Source: Candidatus Aegiribacteria sp.
Lineage (GTDB): Bacteria; Fermentibacterota; Fermentibacteria; Fermentibacterales; JCC-6
Assembly: GCA_030620995.1 (NCBI GenBank)
Contig: JAUXIK010000003.1
Span: 21,822 to 85,821, forward strand
DNA: 64,000 nt
Direction of reading: 5' to 3'
Below, piece by piece: positions 35,524 to 45,380 of the stretch; the stretch's first letter is position 1; each line of letters begins with the position of its first letter. The notes beneath the pieces are model-generated. The model worked only from the letters and a program-made list of their open reading frames with translations, did no database searches and was not told the origin of the DNA. Made by a program: the position numbers and the translations under genes.

Positions 35524-36711
35524 ATGAGGACTTCAGGCATGCTAATGTCCTTATTGATCAGTGCGGGAACTTTACTGGCGGGTGATTTTATTCCCATGAC
35601 ACCGGTAGGTGCCGAGTGTATTCCCGTTTCCATCAGTGTTAGCGGTGACAGAGATATTGCAGATGTAGCGAGAGAACAGCTTCAGGAGGATATCGATTTT
35701 TCCGGTCTCCTGATAACGAAGGATGACGGCTACGCCGAAGTAACTGTTGAGGTCAGGAATACCACCGATGGAATTGAGCTCAGAGCGGAAGTCTTTTCGG
35801 GCGGGGAACCCCTTTTAGCCAGGAATTACTCCGGGAATACAATCTACTCGCTTGTACATGCATTTGCTGATGATCTCGTATATGACCTTACCGGTGAAAA
35901 TGGAATCGCTTCCACATTGATTTCCTATATAACCAAAACAGGGTCCGGCTACTCTCTGGCGGTCAAATCAATGGATCCCAGATCAGAAAGACATATCATG
36001 ACGGATGATGAAGTTATCACAACTCCTGCGTGGTCGCCCGATGGTGACAGAATAGCTTTTACATCTTTTCAGTCCGGTAACGGTGATCTGTGGTGTTACA
36101 GTTTTTCGGATGCTTCGGCAAGGAATATTCTTTCAAGTCCGGGGCTCAATTCCTCACCCGCATGGAGTTCTGATGGCGAGTCGATTGCGCTGACACTTTC
36201 CAGGGGCGGGAATGTGGATATATATGTACTTGATCCTGCATCCGGCGAGACTGACCGTCTCACTCTCAGAGGATCCATTGAAACCTCGGCAAGTTTTTCA
36301 CCCAACGGAAGACAGATTGTCTTTACCAGTGACAGAATTGGATATCCCCAGCTTTATATCATGGACAGTTCAGGCGGAACGGCTATGAGAGCAACTCGAT
36401 CCCACTCATATTGTGACAGTCCGTCATGGTCGCCCGATGGTGACAGAATAGCCTATACTGCCCGGGTCGGGAACAATTTTCACATATTCGTCATGGACGC
36501 TGACGGCTCCAACATCCGTCAGGTTACATTCGAAGGATCTCTTAATGAAGATCCTGTGTGGGGACCTACCGGAAGGCATATCGCCTTCAGCAGCGATATG
36601 GATGGACAACGTGCTGTTTTTGTGCTGGAACTTAACGGGCTTACAGTGAGAAAGCTATCCATGAGTGGTGAGAGTTACTGTCCGACATGGTCACCGCTTG
36701 GATTCAGATAA
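35524..36711 (+). CDS. tolB: Tol-Pal beta-propeller protein
   Basis: H.FAD.....LTG..G; repeated PAWSPDG..IAF (PD40) motifs. Confidence 0.9.
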   Translation: MRTSGMLMSLLISAGTLLAGDFIPMTPVGAECIPVSISVSGDRDIADVAREQLQEDIDFSGLLITKDDGYAEVTVEVRNTTDGIELRAEVFSGGEPLLARNYSGNTIYSLVHAFADDLVYDLTGENGIASTLISYITKTGSGYSLAVKSMDPRSERHIMTDDEVITTPAWSPDGDRIAFTSFQSGNGDLWCYSFSDASARNILSSPGLNSSPAWSSDGESIALTLSRGGNVDIYVLDPASGETDRLTLRGSIETSASFSPNGRQIVFTSDRIGYPQLYIMDSSGGTAMRATRSHSYCDSPSWSPDGDRIAYTARVGNNFHIFVMDADGSNIRQVTFEGSLNEDPVWGPTGRHIAFSSDMDGQRAVFVLELNGLTVRKLSMSGESYCPTWSPLGFR

Positions 36712-36745
36712 TTTGATCATTTCTCCCATGAAAGGAAGGATGATT

Positions 36746-37291
36746 ATGATGAGAGTTCGATTGACAGCGGTGCTGGCCGTATCCGTCATGCTTGTGCTTG
36801 CAATGTTCATCTCCGGATGCAGACCGGATGATACTATTCCGGACGGAGATGACACAACCACTGTTATTGTAGAGGAATTCGCGGATACTCTTACCGGGGT
36901 ATGGGAAACAGATACACTGTCCTCCGGTATGGAAATGCTTCTTGTTCACCAGGAACAACTGAACGATATCTTCTTCAACTACGACAGTGATGAATTGTCA
37001 CCTGAAGCTCTTAATATTCTGATGGAAAACTCGTCCTATATTCTGGAAACACCAGGATTCAGAGTTCTTATAGAAGGTCATTGTGACGAAAGAGGCACAA
37101 TTGATTACAACCTTGCTCTTGGAGAGAACAGAGCTCTTTCCGTCTATAACTATCTTGTTAATTACGGCGTAGCTTCCACCCGACTTCAGTTTGTCAGTTA
37201 CGGCAAGGAACGTCCTTTTGATCCGGCTCATACCGAACAGGCCTGGGCATTGAACAGGAAAGCTCACTTCAGAGTTCTTCCGGGAAACTGA
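36746..37291 (+). CDS. pal: Peptidoglycan-associated lipoprotein
   Basis: ISGC lipobox; IEGHCDERGT..YNLALG..RA, SYGKERP. Confidence 0.92.
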   Translation: MMRVRLTAVLAVSVMLVLAMFISGCRPDDTIPDGDDTTTVIVEEFADTLTGVWETDTLSSGMEMLLVHQEQLNDIFFNYDSDELSPEALNILMENSSYILETPGFRVLIEGHCDERGTIDYNLALGENRALSVYNYLVNYGVASTRLQFVSYGKERPFDPAHTEQAWALNRKAHFRVLPGN

Positions 37292-37292
37292 T

Positions 37293-37979
37293 ATGACTCG
37301 AGGAATTATTACTGTGGTTTTCCTGTCACTTACATTTACAGGATGCTTTGGTTACTGGTTTCACACTCCGGAGGAGATCGTCGATATTGAAACCGGTCAG
37401 CAGGAAATGCGGTATGAGATTGATTCTCTAAAGCTGGCTCTGGAAGAGAATGAGAGTCTTCTGAGAGGGCTTCAGGCTCAATCAAGCTCACGTACATATG
37501 ATATGATTGCCAGGCTGACAGAACTTGCTGAAGAGCTTGACCTCACCCTGAGCAGGCTTGCCGGTACAGTTGGAATCACCGAACAGGATACTGTTTCGGG
37601 ACCCGATGCCCATCTTCTTTATGAGGAAGCTTACAGGCAGTTCCAGCAGGGGAGTTTCGAGATATCAGCACATGGGTTCATGGAACTTCAAGAGAAATAC
37701 CCGACCTCTTCTCTTGCTGATGACGCTTTGTACTACATGGCTATCTGCTGGGAAGCAGCCGGACAATCACATCGCGCCATAGAGGATCTTGTTGCCCTGT
37801 ATTACATGTATCCAGGTTCCGAATGGGCTGCAGGAGCATTATTCAGAGCGGCTGATATCTACGGTGCTCACAGCGCTCCTTTCGAGAGAGACCGTCTCTT
37901 TGATCTGCTGCTCAACAGGTATCCTGAGAGTGATGAGGCTGCTCTTGTCAGGGAACAATACCGTCCTGAACAGGATTAA
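37293..37979 (+). CDS. CpoB/YbgF-like TPR lipoprotein
   Basis: TGC lipobox, coiled coil, YP.S.LADDALY TPR; follows pal. Confidence 0.8.
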   Translation: MTRGIITVVFLSLTFTGCFGYWFHTPEEIVDIETGQQEMRYEIDSLKLALEENESLLRGLQAQSSSRTYDMIARLTELAEELDLTLSRLAGTVGITEQDTVSGPDAHLLYEEAYRQFQQGSFEISAHGFMELQEKYPTSSLADDALYYMAICWEAAGQSHRAIEDLVALYYMYPGSEWAAGALFRAADIYGAHSAPFERDRLFDLLLNRYPESDEAALVREQYRPEQD

Positions 37980-38054
37980 CGATAACCTGATTGCATGTTC
38001 CGCCAGATCGTGGTGAAGAAGTTTCCTGCTTATAGGACAGCAGTGTTATGATCT

Positions 38055-38083
38055 TTGACGGATACATTGTATCCGTGCATATT
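38055..38083 (+). promoter_or_regulatory. Sigma70-like promoter for tRNA-Leu/tig with a palindromic spacer
   Basis: TTGACG-17 bp-CATATT; contains acggataca-t-tgtatccgt. Confidence 0.5.
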
Positions 38084-38113
38084 TAGCGGTTGCACACTTA
38101 CTGATCATTGATT

Positions 38114-38199
38114 GCGAGAGTGGCGGAATTGGCAGACGCGCCAGATTTAGGATCTGGTAAGCTGGGCTTGTGGGGGTTCAAGTCCCCTCTCTCGCACCA
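38114..38199 (+). tRNA. tRNA-Leu, anticodon TAG
   Basis: GCGAGAG/CTCTCGC + A + CCA; stem CCAGA/TCTGG with loop TT-TAG-GA; long variable arm; upstream of tig. Confidence 0.95.
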
Positions 38200-38220
38200 C
38201 TTCAAAGGGAAGAACAACTG

Positions 38221-39501
38221 ATGTATGACATTGTGAAGTCAGAAGAAAACAGAAAAACCGTATGTTTCACGGAATCATCCGACAGGATATCATCACATTT
38301 CCGTGATATTCGCAAGCAGATTACAAAAAATCTTGAAATACCGGGATTCAGACCGGGCAAGGTTCCCAGGTCTATTATTGAAAAGCAGTATGGAAATATT
38401 ATAAAGGCGGAAGTTGCTGATATCGTCAGACGGGAACTTACTTCAGAAATGCTTGAAAAGGAAGACTGGATACTTGATGATAACGATCCTGAGGGGAAGA
38501 TAGAACTTCCCGCGGAGGAGAAAGCGTACACTTTCGAATTGACTTTCTCACTGTATGAAACCCCCGAACCCGAAAGTATTGACGGTATTAGAATAGAACT
38601 GCCTTCACTTGATATTGAAACCGCAGTAGAGGATACGATAGAATCGTTCCGTGAGAAAATGGTTAGCTTCGAAACAGTTGACAGGCCGTCTGAAGAAGGT
38701 GACCTTGTGCTGCTTGAAGCCGTGCCAACAGGGGATTCGGGAGAACCGCAGAAGTTCAGTATAAGAATCGGAGAATCACAGATTGGAACCGGTTTTGATG
38801 AGCTGGTTCTGGGAGCTGCAGCCGGGACACAGTTTATGGCCAGGATGGATAGTGATACAGGGAACGATAACCCGCATCCTGTTCATAAGTTCAGGATAAC
38901 GGATATCAGACATCCTGTTCTTCCTGAGCTTAACGACGAATTCGCAAAGAAAGCAGCTGACGTAGACAGTGTGAAAGATTTCCGGAAAAAAGTGGAGGAA
39001 AGCGTCAGAAACCGCTACGATCAGGAGATGGTCTATATTAAAGAAAGAGAAGCCATCGACAGTCTTCTCGAAAGCAACCCGTTCACCCCCCCTGTGTACA
39101 TGGTCGATAACCTGACGCAGGACTACCTTGAAAGGCTTGGGGAAGAAGAACCCGGCCAGGAAACCATAGAAGCTACAAAAGAACTTGCTCTGAAGAAGGT
39201 TCGGGAATTTCTTGTGCTCAGAGCTGTCGCTCTAAAGGAGAATATCGAAATTACTGAAGAGGATATTAATACTGATAAAAATCCTGAGGAGTCAGCCGCA
39301 TCCGTTCTTGACAGACTCAGAAACAGGAAAGCCGTGGAACTTATCCTTGATCGTGCAGATATCATTGAAAAAGAGTACCGAAAGGGAAAAGACAAGGATA
39401 CTTCCGGGGAGGAACCGGAGTCATCCTGGCACTGGATAAGTGTTCAGGATAACGGAACAGAACCGAATGAGGAAATAGCAAAGAAAGAGGAGCAATCCTG
39501 A
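38221..39501 (+). CDS. tig: Trigger factor
   Basis: [20 protein letters not shown]; tig-clpP-clpX synteny. Confidence 0.9.
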   Translation: MYDIVKSEENRKTVCFTESSDRISSHFRDIRKQITKNLEIPGFRPGKVPRSIIEKQYGNIIKAEVADIVRRELTSEMLEKEDWILDDNDPEGKIELPAEEKAYTFELTFSLYETPEPESIDGIRIELPSLDIETAVEDTIESFREKMVSFETVDRPSEEGDLVLLEAVPTGDSGEPQKFSIRIGESQIGTGFDELVLGAAAGTQFMARMDSDTGNDNPHPVHKFRITDIRHPVLPELNDEFAKKAADVDSVKDFRKKVEESVRNRYDQEMVYIKEREAIDSLLESNPFTPPVYMVDNLTQDYLERLGEEEPGQETIEATKELALKKVREFLVLRAVALKENIEITEEDINTDKNPEESAASVLDRLRNRKAVELILDRADIIEKEYRKGKDKDTSGEEPESSWHWISVQDNGTEPNEEIAKKEEQS

Positions 39502-40088
39502 TGCCATCTATCATACCGTTTGTTGTAGAGCGAGAAGGAAACAGGGAAAGATCCTACGATATCTATTCACGCCTTCTGAAGGAGCGGATCATATTTGTAG
39601 GTGATACCATGAACGGTCAGACCGCCAGTCTGATCGTTGCCCAGTTATTGTTTCTTGAAGGAGAAGATTCCAAAAAGGACATCAACATGTATATCAGCAG
39701 CCCGGGAGGAATGGTTTCATCAGGGCTTGCGATTTACGATACGATGCAATTCATCAAACCCCAGATAGCTACATTCTGCATGGGTACTGCCGCAAGTATG
39801 GCAGCAGTCCTTCTGGCTGCCGGCGCAAAGGGCAAACGCAATATTCTTCCTAATGCCAGAGTTATGATTCATCAGCCAATGGGAGGAGCCCAGGGCCAGG
39901 CCTCAGATATAGAGATACAGGCGAAGGAGATAGTCAAACTCAGAGAAACACTGAATGTAATTATTGCTGAACATACCGGGCAGTCGCTTGAAAGAATAAC
40001 CGCCGATACTGACAGGAATTTCTGGATGGATGCACAGGAAGCGGTCGATTACGGTATCGTAGATAACATGCTTTCATTCAGGATTTGA
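39501..40088 (+). CDS. clpP: Clp protease proteolytic subunit
   Basis: [27 protein letters not shown]. Confidence 0.97.
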   Translation: MPSIIPFVVEREGNRERSYDIYSRLLKERIIFVGDTMNGQTASLIVAQLLFLEGEDSKKDINMYISSPGGMVSSGLAIYDTMQFIKPQIATFCMGTAASMAAVLLAAGAKGKRNILPNARVMIHQPMGGAQGQASDIEIQAKEIVKLRETLNVIIAEHTGQSLERITADTDRNFWMDAQEAVDYGIVDNMLSFRI

Positions 40089-40099
40089 CGGGAAATATT

Positions 40100-41347
40100 A
40101 TGGGTAAGGAAAAAAAGTGTTCATTCTGTGGAAGATCAATTGCTGAGGTCAAGCAGCTGATACAGGGCCCCGGTGTTCATATCTGCGATGAGTGTATAAG
40201 GTACTGCAGCGAACTGGTTGATATTGAAAAGGATATCAAGCTTGAGGTTCCGGAACTCGTAAAGGAAATTCTGCCTGTTCCTTCCGAGATAAAGGCGCAG
40301 CTGGATGAATATGTGATCGGTCAGGAGCAGGCCAAAAAAGTTCTTTCGGTTGCCGTTTACAACCATTACAAAAGATTGCGATCCAGAAACAATTCCGGGG
40401 AGGTTGAACTCGAGAAAAGCAACATTCTCCTGATGGGACCCACAGGTGTCGGAAAGACGCTGCTGGCACAGACTCTGGCCAGGATACTGGACGTGCCTTT
40501 TGCAATAGCGGATGCGACCACACTCACAGAGGCGGGGTATGTCGGCGAGGATGTCGAGAACATCCTGCTCAGACTGCTTCAGGTTACGGACATGGACGTT
40601 CTTGCCGCTCAACAGGGTATCATCTATATAGACGAACTTGACAAGATTTCGAGAAAGTCGGAAAACCCGTCCATTACAAGGGATGTTTCCGGTGAGGGAG
40701 TACAGCAGGCTCTTCTGAAGATCATCGAAGGAACTGTTGCCAGCGTACCTCCTCAGGGTGGCAGAAAACACCCTTATCAGGATAATATTCTCGTAGATAC
40801 CAGCAATATCCTATTCATCTGCGGAGGCGCATTCAATGACCTGGATAAGATCATAGAGAAACGCCTTAAAAAAAGCTCCATGGGATTTAGTGCAAGTATT
40901 AACACTGTTACTGACAGTAACACCAATATTTTGACTAATGTTCAGCCACACGATCTGGTCAGATATGGACTGGTTCCCGAACTTGTTGGCAGACTTCCAG
41001 TTCATGTGGCACTTGATGATCTGGATATTGATGATCTTGTCGACGTCCTTACAAAGCCCAGGAATGCCCTTGTACGACAGTACGAATACCTTTTCGAACT
41101 CGAGGATGTAAAACTTGAGTTTACAAAAAGCGCTCTCAGAGAGGTCGCGCAGAAAGCAAAGAAGATTGGCACCGGAGCCAGGGGATTGCGTTCCGTAATC
41201 GAGAATATACTTCTGGAGCCCATGTACTATCTGCCTGATCTTGATGATGTGAGCAAACTCGTGGTTTCTCCTTCTGTAATCAGAGGGGAATCAGAACCGA
41301 GGATTGTCAGATCCCGTAAAAAGAAGGAAACCGGAAAAGCCGGCTGA
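40100..41347 (+). CDS. clpX: Clp protease ATP-binding subunit
   Basis: CSFCG Zn finger, [25 protein letters not shown]. Confidence 0.97.
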   Translation: MGKEKKCSFCGRSIAEVKQLIQGPGVHICDECIRYCSELVDIEKDIKLEVPELVKEILPVPSEIKAQLDEYVIGQEQAKKVLSVAVYNHYKRLRSRNNSGEVELEKSNILLMGPTGVGKTLLAQTLARILDVPFAIADATTLTEAGYVGEDVENILLRLLQVTDMDVLAAQQGIIYIDELDKISRKSENPSITRDVSGEGVQQALLKIIEGTVASVPPQGGRKHPYQDNILVDTSNILFICGGAFNDLDKIIEKRLKKSSMGFSASINTVTDSNTNILTNVQPHDLVRYGLVPELVGRLPVHVALDDLDIDDLVDVLTKPRNALVRQYEYLFELEDVKLEFTKSALREVAQKAKKIGTGARGLRSVIENILLEPMYYLPDLDDVSKLVVSPSVIRGESEPRIVRSRKKKETGKAG

Positions 41348-41364
41348 AACGACTTTATTGAGTA

Positions 41365-41931
41365 ATGTCTTCACTGAATGTTAAATTTCTTCGAAGTTGT
41401 CCCGGTTCCGGGAGTCTTCCCCATGACGGGTTGCCTGAAGTATCTTTTGCCGGTCGATCCAATGTAGGAAAATCATCACTTCTTAACAGACTGAACGGGG
41501 GCACAACCGTAGCCCGGACAAGTTCAAGACCGGGCTGTACACAGTTCCTTAATCTCTACTCAGTTTCAGGCAGTTACTACATTGTAGATCTTCCGGGATA
41601 TGGATATGCCCGGGCACCGTCAAAGAATCGTGCGGAGTGGGCCGGATGGATCATGACCTATCTGATGGAAAGATTGCCTCTAAGGGGAGTTGTGCTGCTG
41701 GTTGACGCCAGGCATCCATGTCTCCCTATTGATATGAAGATGGTTGAATTTCTGAAGAACCGCGGGAGACCATATGTGATCGCGCTCACTAAATCGGATA
41801 AACTGAAAAGCGGAAAACTTGCATCAGCTGTCAGAGAAGCTCAGGACATGGGACCGGTAATTCCAGTATCTTCAATTACCGGATTCGGGATAAAGGAACT
41901 GAAAAAATGGCTTTTCCAGGTTGTCTCATAA
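41365..41931 (+). CDS. engB: GTP-binding protein EngB/YihA
   Basis: GRSNVGKSS, DLPGYG, TKSDK. Confidence 0.93.
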   Translation: MSSLNVKFLRSCPGSGSLPHDGLPEVSFAGRSNVGKSSLLNRLNGGTTVARTSSRPGCTQFLNLYSVSGSYYIVDLPGYGYARAPSKNRAEWAGWIMTYLMERLPLRGVVLLVDARHPCLPIDMKMVEFLKNRGRPYVIALTKSDKLKSGKLASAVREAQDMGPVIPVSSITGFGIKELKKWLFQVVS

Positions 41932-41944
41932 TGAAAGGACTATC

Positions 41945-43219
41945 ATGCCGGCGACCATATTAACAGGGTTGCAATGGGGAGATGAAGGCAAGGGAAAAAT
42001 GGTCGATCATCTTTCGGGAACCGCCGATGCAGTGGCGAGGTTTTCAGGGGGTGCGAACGCCGGACATACCGTTGAAACAGGAGGACGCAGGATTGCTCTC
42101 CACCAGCTTCCGAGCGGATTGATTCACCCTGATCCCCTTGGAATCATTGGCGCCGGCTGCGTGCTGGATCCTGCAGCACTGATGGATGAAATCAAGACAC
42201 TGGAAACAAACGGAATTTCGATCTCGGACAGACTTGCCATTTCCGGAAAAGTACATCTTGTACATCCCGCAGGTAAATATTTCGAGAGAAAATATGAGGA
42301 TGAAAGAGGCGTTTCATCGATAGGAACCACCTGTAGAGGAATCGGCCCGACCTATGTCCGGAAATTCATGCGGAAGGGTATCCGGCTGGAGGATGCTGCT
42401 ATGCCGAACATATTTCTGGAGAAATCAGCGCTGATTACCGAAGACTGTCTGAAAACACTTGATCTTTCTGAAGATGAAATCAGTTCTCTCCATAGTGAAG
42501 TTGAGATTTTCAACAGTATATCTCTAAAACTTGTTGAATATGCTAAAGATGTATCTCTCCTCCTGGCAAGAATACTTGACAACGATGGTACAGTTATCGC
42601 TGAAGGAGCACAGGGAACTCTTCTTGATCCTGATCATGGCACATACCCCTTTGTTACATGCGGTTCATGCGTTGCGGGAGCGGCATGCTCCAGTCTGGGG
42701 ATAGGACCGGTAAGGATTGATGAAGTTGTCGGAGTCATGAAAGCCTATTCCACCAGGGTGGGGAACGGACCTTTTCCTACGGAGCTTACCTGCGCGCTTG
42801 GTGATCAAATCAGAGAGCAGGGAAACGAATATGGAGCGACTACAGGAAGACCCAGAAGGTGCGGGTGGTTTGATGCCGTTCTGACGAATTACACTGCCAG
42901 GATAAATGGATGCACCTGGACTGCCCTGACACTTCTGGATGTGCTGAGCGGTATACCGGCAATTAAAGTCTGCAAGAAATATGAGCTTGACCCGGAAACA
43001 GATCTCACACTGTTCGAAACAGGCGCAAGACTGGGGAATCATATTCCAATATACGAGACTATGCCCGGCTGGGAGGAAAATATTTCTGGAGAACGGAACT
43101 GGGAAGCCCTGCCTGAAAACGCGAAACAGTACGTGCTGTTCATTGAGCAGCTTATCGAAGTACCCATCAGAGCAATTTCCACAGGACCCGCCAGGGAGGA
43201 TCTGATCTGGAGAATGTAG
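41945..43219 (+). CDS. purA: Adenylosuccinate synthetase
   Basis: QWGDEGKGK, GGANAGHT, EGAQG, GATTGRPRRCGW. Confidence 0.97.
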   Translation: MPATILTGLQWGDEGKGKMVDHLSGTADAVARFSGGANAGHTVETGGRRIALHQLPSGLIHPDPLGIIGAGCVLDPAALMDEIKTLETNGISISDRLAISGKVHLVHPAGKYFERKYEDERGVSSIGTTCRGIGPTYVRKFMRKGIRLEDAAMPNIFLEKSALITEDCLKTLDLSEDEISSLHSEVEIFNSISLKLVEYAKDVSLLLARILDNDGTVIAEGAQGTLLDPDHGTYPFVTCGSCVAGAACSSLGIGPVRIDEVVGVMKAYSTRVGNGPFPTELTCALGDQIREQGNEYGATTGRPRRCGWFDAVLTNYTARINGCTWTALTLLDVLSGIPAIKVCKKYELDPETDLTLFETGARLGNHIPIYETMPGWEENISGERNWEALPENAKQYVLFIEQLIEVPIRAISTGPAREDLIWRM

Positions 43220-44565
43220 GTTTTTTCGACACACACTGCCATCTCTGCGATGAGCGATACAATGATGATCTTGAGCGTGTTCTTTCAAATGCAGACAAGT
43301 TCAATGTTACCCGGATAATGGTTCCGGGAATATCACCGGACAGCAGTCGGAAGGCTGCAGAATTATCCGGGAAATATCAGGGGATATTCGCCGCTGCCGG
43401 AACCCATCCGAATGAAGCAGATCTCTATTCTGCTGATATGTTCACTGACATTGCAAGAACAGTACTATGTCCCGGAGTTATCGCTGTGGGAGAAACAGGA
43501 CTGGATTTCTTTCATAAGAGAGTTTCCCCTTTGCTTCAGGTTGAGCTTTTCGAGAAACATATTCACCTGGCAGAAGTTTTCGGATTGACACTGATAGTGC
43601 ATTCCAGAGATGCGGAGGAAAATGTCCTGACGGTTCTGGGCGAAAATCCCGGAGTGCCGGTAATAATGCATTGCTATACCGGACCGGATAAGGTTGCTCA
43701 AGAGGCAGCTGATAGAGGTTTTTTCATCGGGTTCGCAGGTCCGCTCACATACAGGCGGAATGACAGACTCAGAAAATTGGCAGGTTTGCTGCCGAAAGAA
43801 CAGGTTCTTGTTGAAACAGATGCTCCTTACCTGACGCCTGAGCCCGTTCGTGGGGAAAGAAATGAACCTTGCTATGTTATACATACAGCCGGGGTTCTGG
43901 CAAATTTGTGGAATATGGATATACCTTCTGCTTCAAAGATACTTCTTGATAATTCGCTTCGTGCTTTTCAGCTCGCGCCTGTGCCCAGAACGGATCTTGT
44001 ATACATGCTCTATAACAGGATATATATGAATATCACAGGCAGATGCACAAATCACTGCCGTTTCTGTATCAGAGACAGAACCGACGGCATAGGAGGGTAC
44101 TATCTGAAGCACCATGAAGAGCCTTCTTCCAGGAGACTCAAGGACATTGTCGATACGCTTCAGCCGGAATGGGCTGAAGAAATCGTTTTCTGTGGATACG
44201 GCGAACCAACCATGAGACCGGAGCTTCTGCTCGCTCTCGCGAAAACAGCCTCTGAAAAAGGTTTCTCCGTTCGGCTTAATACGAATGGTCTCTGTCTGGA
44301 GAGATTGTCTTCTGAAGAAATACTCAGGCTTCTCGAACCTTTTGATGATGTCAGTGTAAGCCTCAACGCGTCTGATATGGATGAATACAACGCCATATGT
44401 ATTCCAGAGAATGATTCAGCGTGGGACAATCTGCAGAAATTCATTCAGATTTCAAGGAAAATATGCAGAACCAGGCTTACAGCTGTTCGTTATCCGGGAG
44501 CAGATATGAAATCAGTTGCTGCTTATGCTTTGAAGATCAATCTTCCACTAAGGATCAGAGGGTAA
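43207..44565 (+). CDS. TatD-family hydrolase fused to a TatD-associated radical SAM domain
   Basis: FFDTHCHL (upstream of the ORF-track start), GETGLDF, HSR, HC, ETDAPYL; then Y.NIT..CTNHCRFC, VFCGYGEP; start placed at CTG 43207 after GGAGGA. Confidence 0.88.
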   Translation: MENVGFFDTHCHLCDERYNDDLERVLSNADKFNVTRIMVPGISPDSSRKAAELSGKYQGIFAAAGTHPNEADLYSADMFTDIARTVLCPGVIAVGETGLDFFHKRVSPLLQVELFEKHIHLAEVFGLTLIVHSRDAEENVLTVLGENPGVPVIMHCYTGPDKVAQEAADRGFFIGFAGPLTYRRNDRLRKLAGLLPKEQVLVETDAPYLTPEPVRGERNEPCYVIHTAGVLANLWNMDIPSASKILLDNSLRAFQLAPVPRTDLVYMLYNRIYMNITGRCTNHCRFCIRDRTDGIGGYYLKHHEEPSSRRLKDIVDTLQPEWAEEIVFCGYGEPTMRPELLLALAKTASEKGFSVRLNTNGLCLERLSSEEILRLLEPFDDVSVSLNASDMDEYNAICIPENDSAWDNLQKFIQISRKICRTRLTAVRYPGADMKSVAAYALKINLPLRIRG

Positions 44566-45380
44566 TGTTTATCACCGAACTCCGCCGATTTCTGAAGGAA
44601 GCAGGGATTACTCCGAATCGGCAACTCGGGCAGAGTTTTCTTTTGAACAGTTATATCGCGTGCAGAATCGCTGAGGAAGTCTCAACGTCTGGAAGCGTTC
44701 TTGAAATAGGTCCCGGTTTAGGCGCTCTTACTGAAAAACTGCTTGGCCGCTGTGGATCTCTTTCCGTTGTGGAAATTTCTCCGGAAATGGTGGATGTTCT
44801 GCGGAAAAGGTTCAAAGGTGAAGCCCTTTCAGTGACAAGAGGCGATATACTCAGCGTGAATCCTGAGGCTTTACCTGGATTTCCGTTTCATACGGTTGCG
44901 GGTAATCTTCCTTATTCAATATCCTCTCCAATACTCTTCAGAATGCTTGAGGAGGGCTTTGATCAGGTGCAGAAGGCTGTCCTGATGCTTCAAAGGGAAG
45001 TTGCCATAAGGCTGTCTACGTTAGACGGGGGAAAGCAGTACGGAAAACTGGCCTTGAAGATATGGCCGTATTATACTGTACGTACACTTCTTGATGCTGA
45101 ACCGGAGGATTTCTACCCGACTCCGGCGGTGTACTCAAGGGTTGTGGTTCTTGAGAGACGAACCGAGCCGATGGTTTCTCGCGAGTTGTTCAGTAAATTC
45201 AGAAGAATTGTAAGTATTTCCTTTTCTTCCAGGAGGAAAATCATTCTCAACAATCTGACGCCGGTTTTAGGTCGTGATCAGTCATTGGAAATTCTGGCCA
45301 GGGCAGGAATCGACCCGGGTCTGAGGGCAGAGCAGTTAAAGCCCGAGATGTTTGTCAGACTCGCAGAAATTCTGCAATGA
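44565..45380 (+). CDS. rsmA: 16S rRNA adenine dimethyltransferase
   Basis: LGQSFL, LEIGPGLGALT, NLPY.IS, QREVA.RL, RAEQL. Confidence 0.93.
   Translation: MFITELRRFLKEAGITPNRQLGQSFLLNSYIACRIAEEVSTSGSVLEIGPGLGALTEKLLGRCGSLSVVEISPEMVDVLRKRFKGEALSVTRGDILSVNPEALPGFPFHTVAGNLPYSISSPILFRMLEEGFDQVQKAVLMLQREVAIRLSTLDGGKQYGKLALKIWPYYTVRTLLDAEPEDFYPTPAVYSRVVVLERRTEPMVSRELFSKFRRIVSISFSSRRKIILNNLTPVLGRDQSLEILARAGIDPGLRAEQLKPEMFVRLAEILQ

Noticed and set aside
38170-38220. ORF-track N-terminal extension of tig
   Set aside because: It overlaps tRNA-Leu(TAG); ATG 38221 is the sensible start
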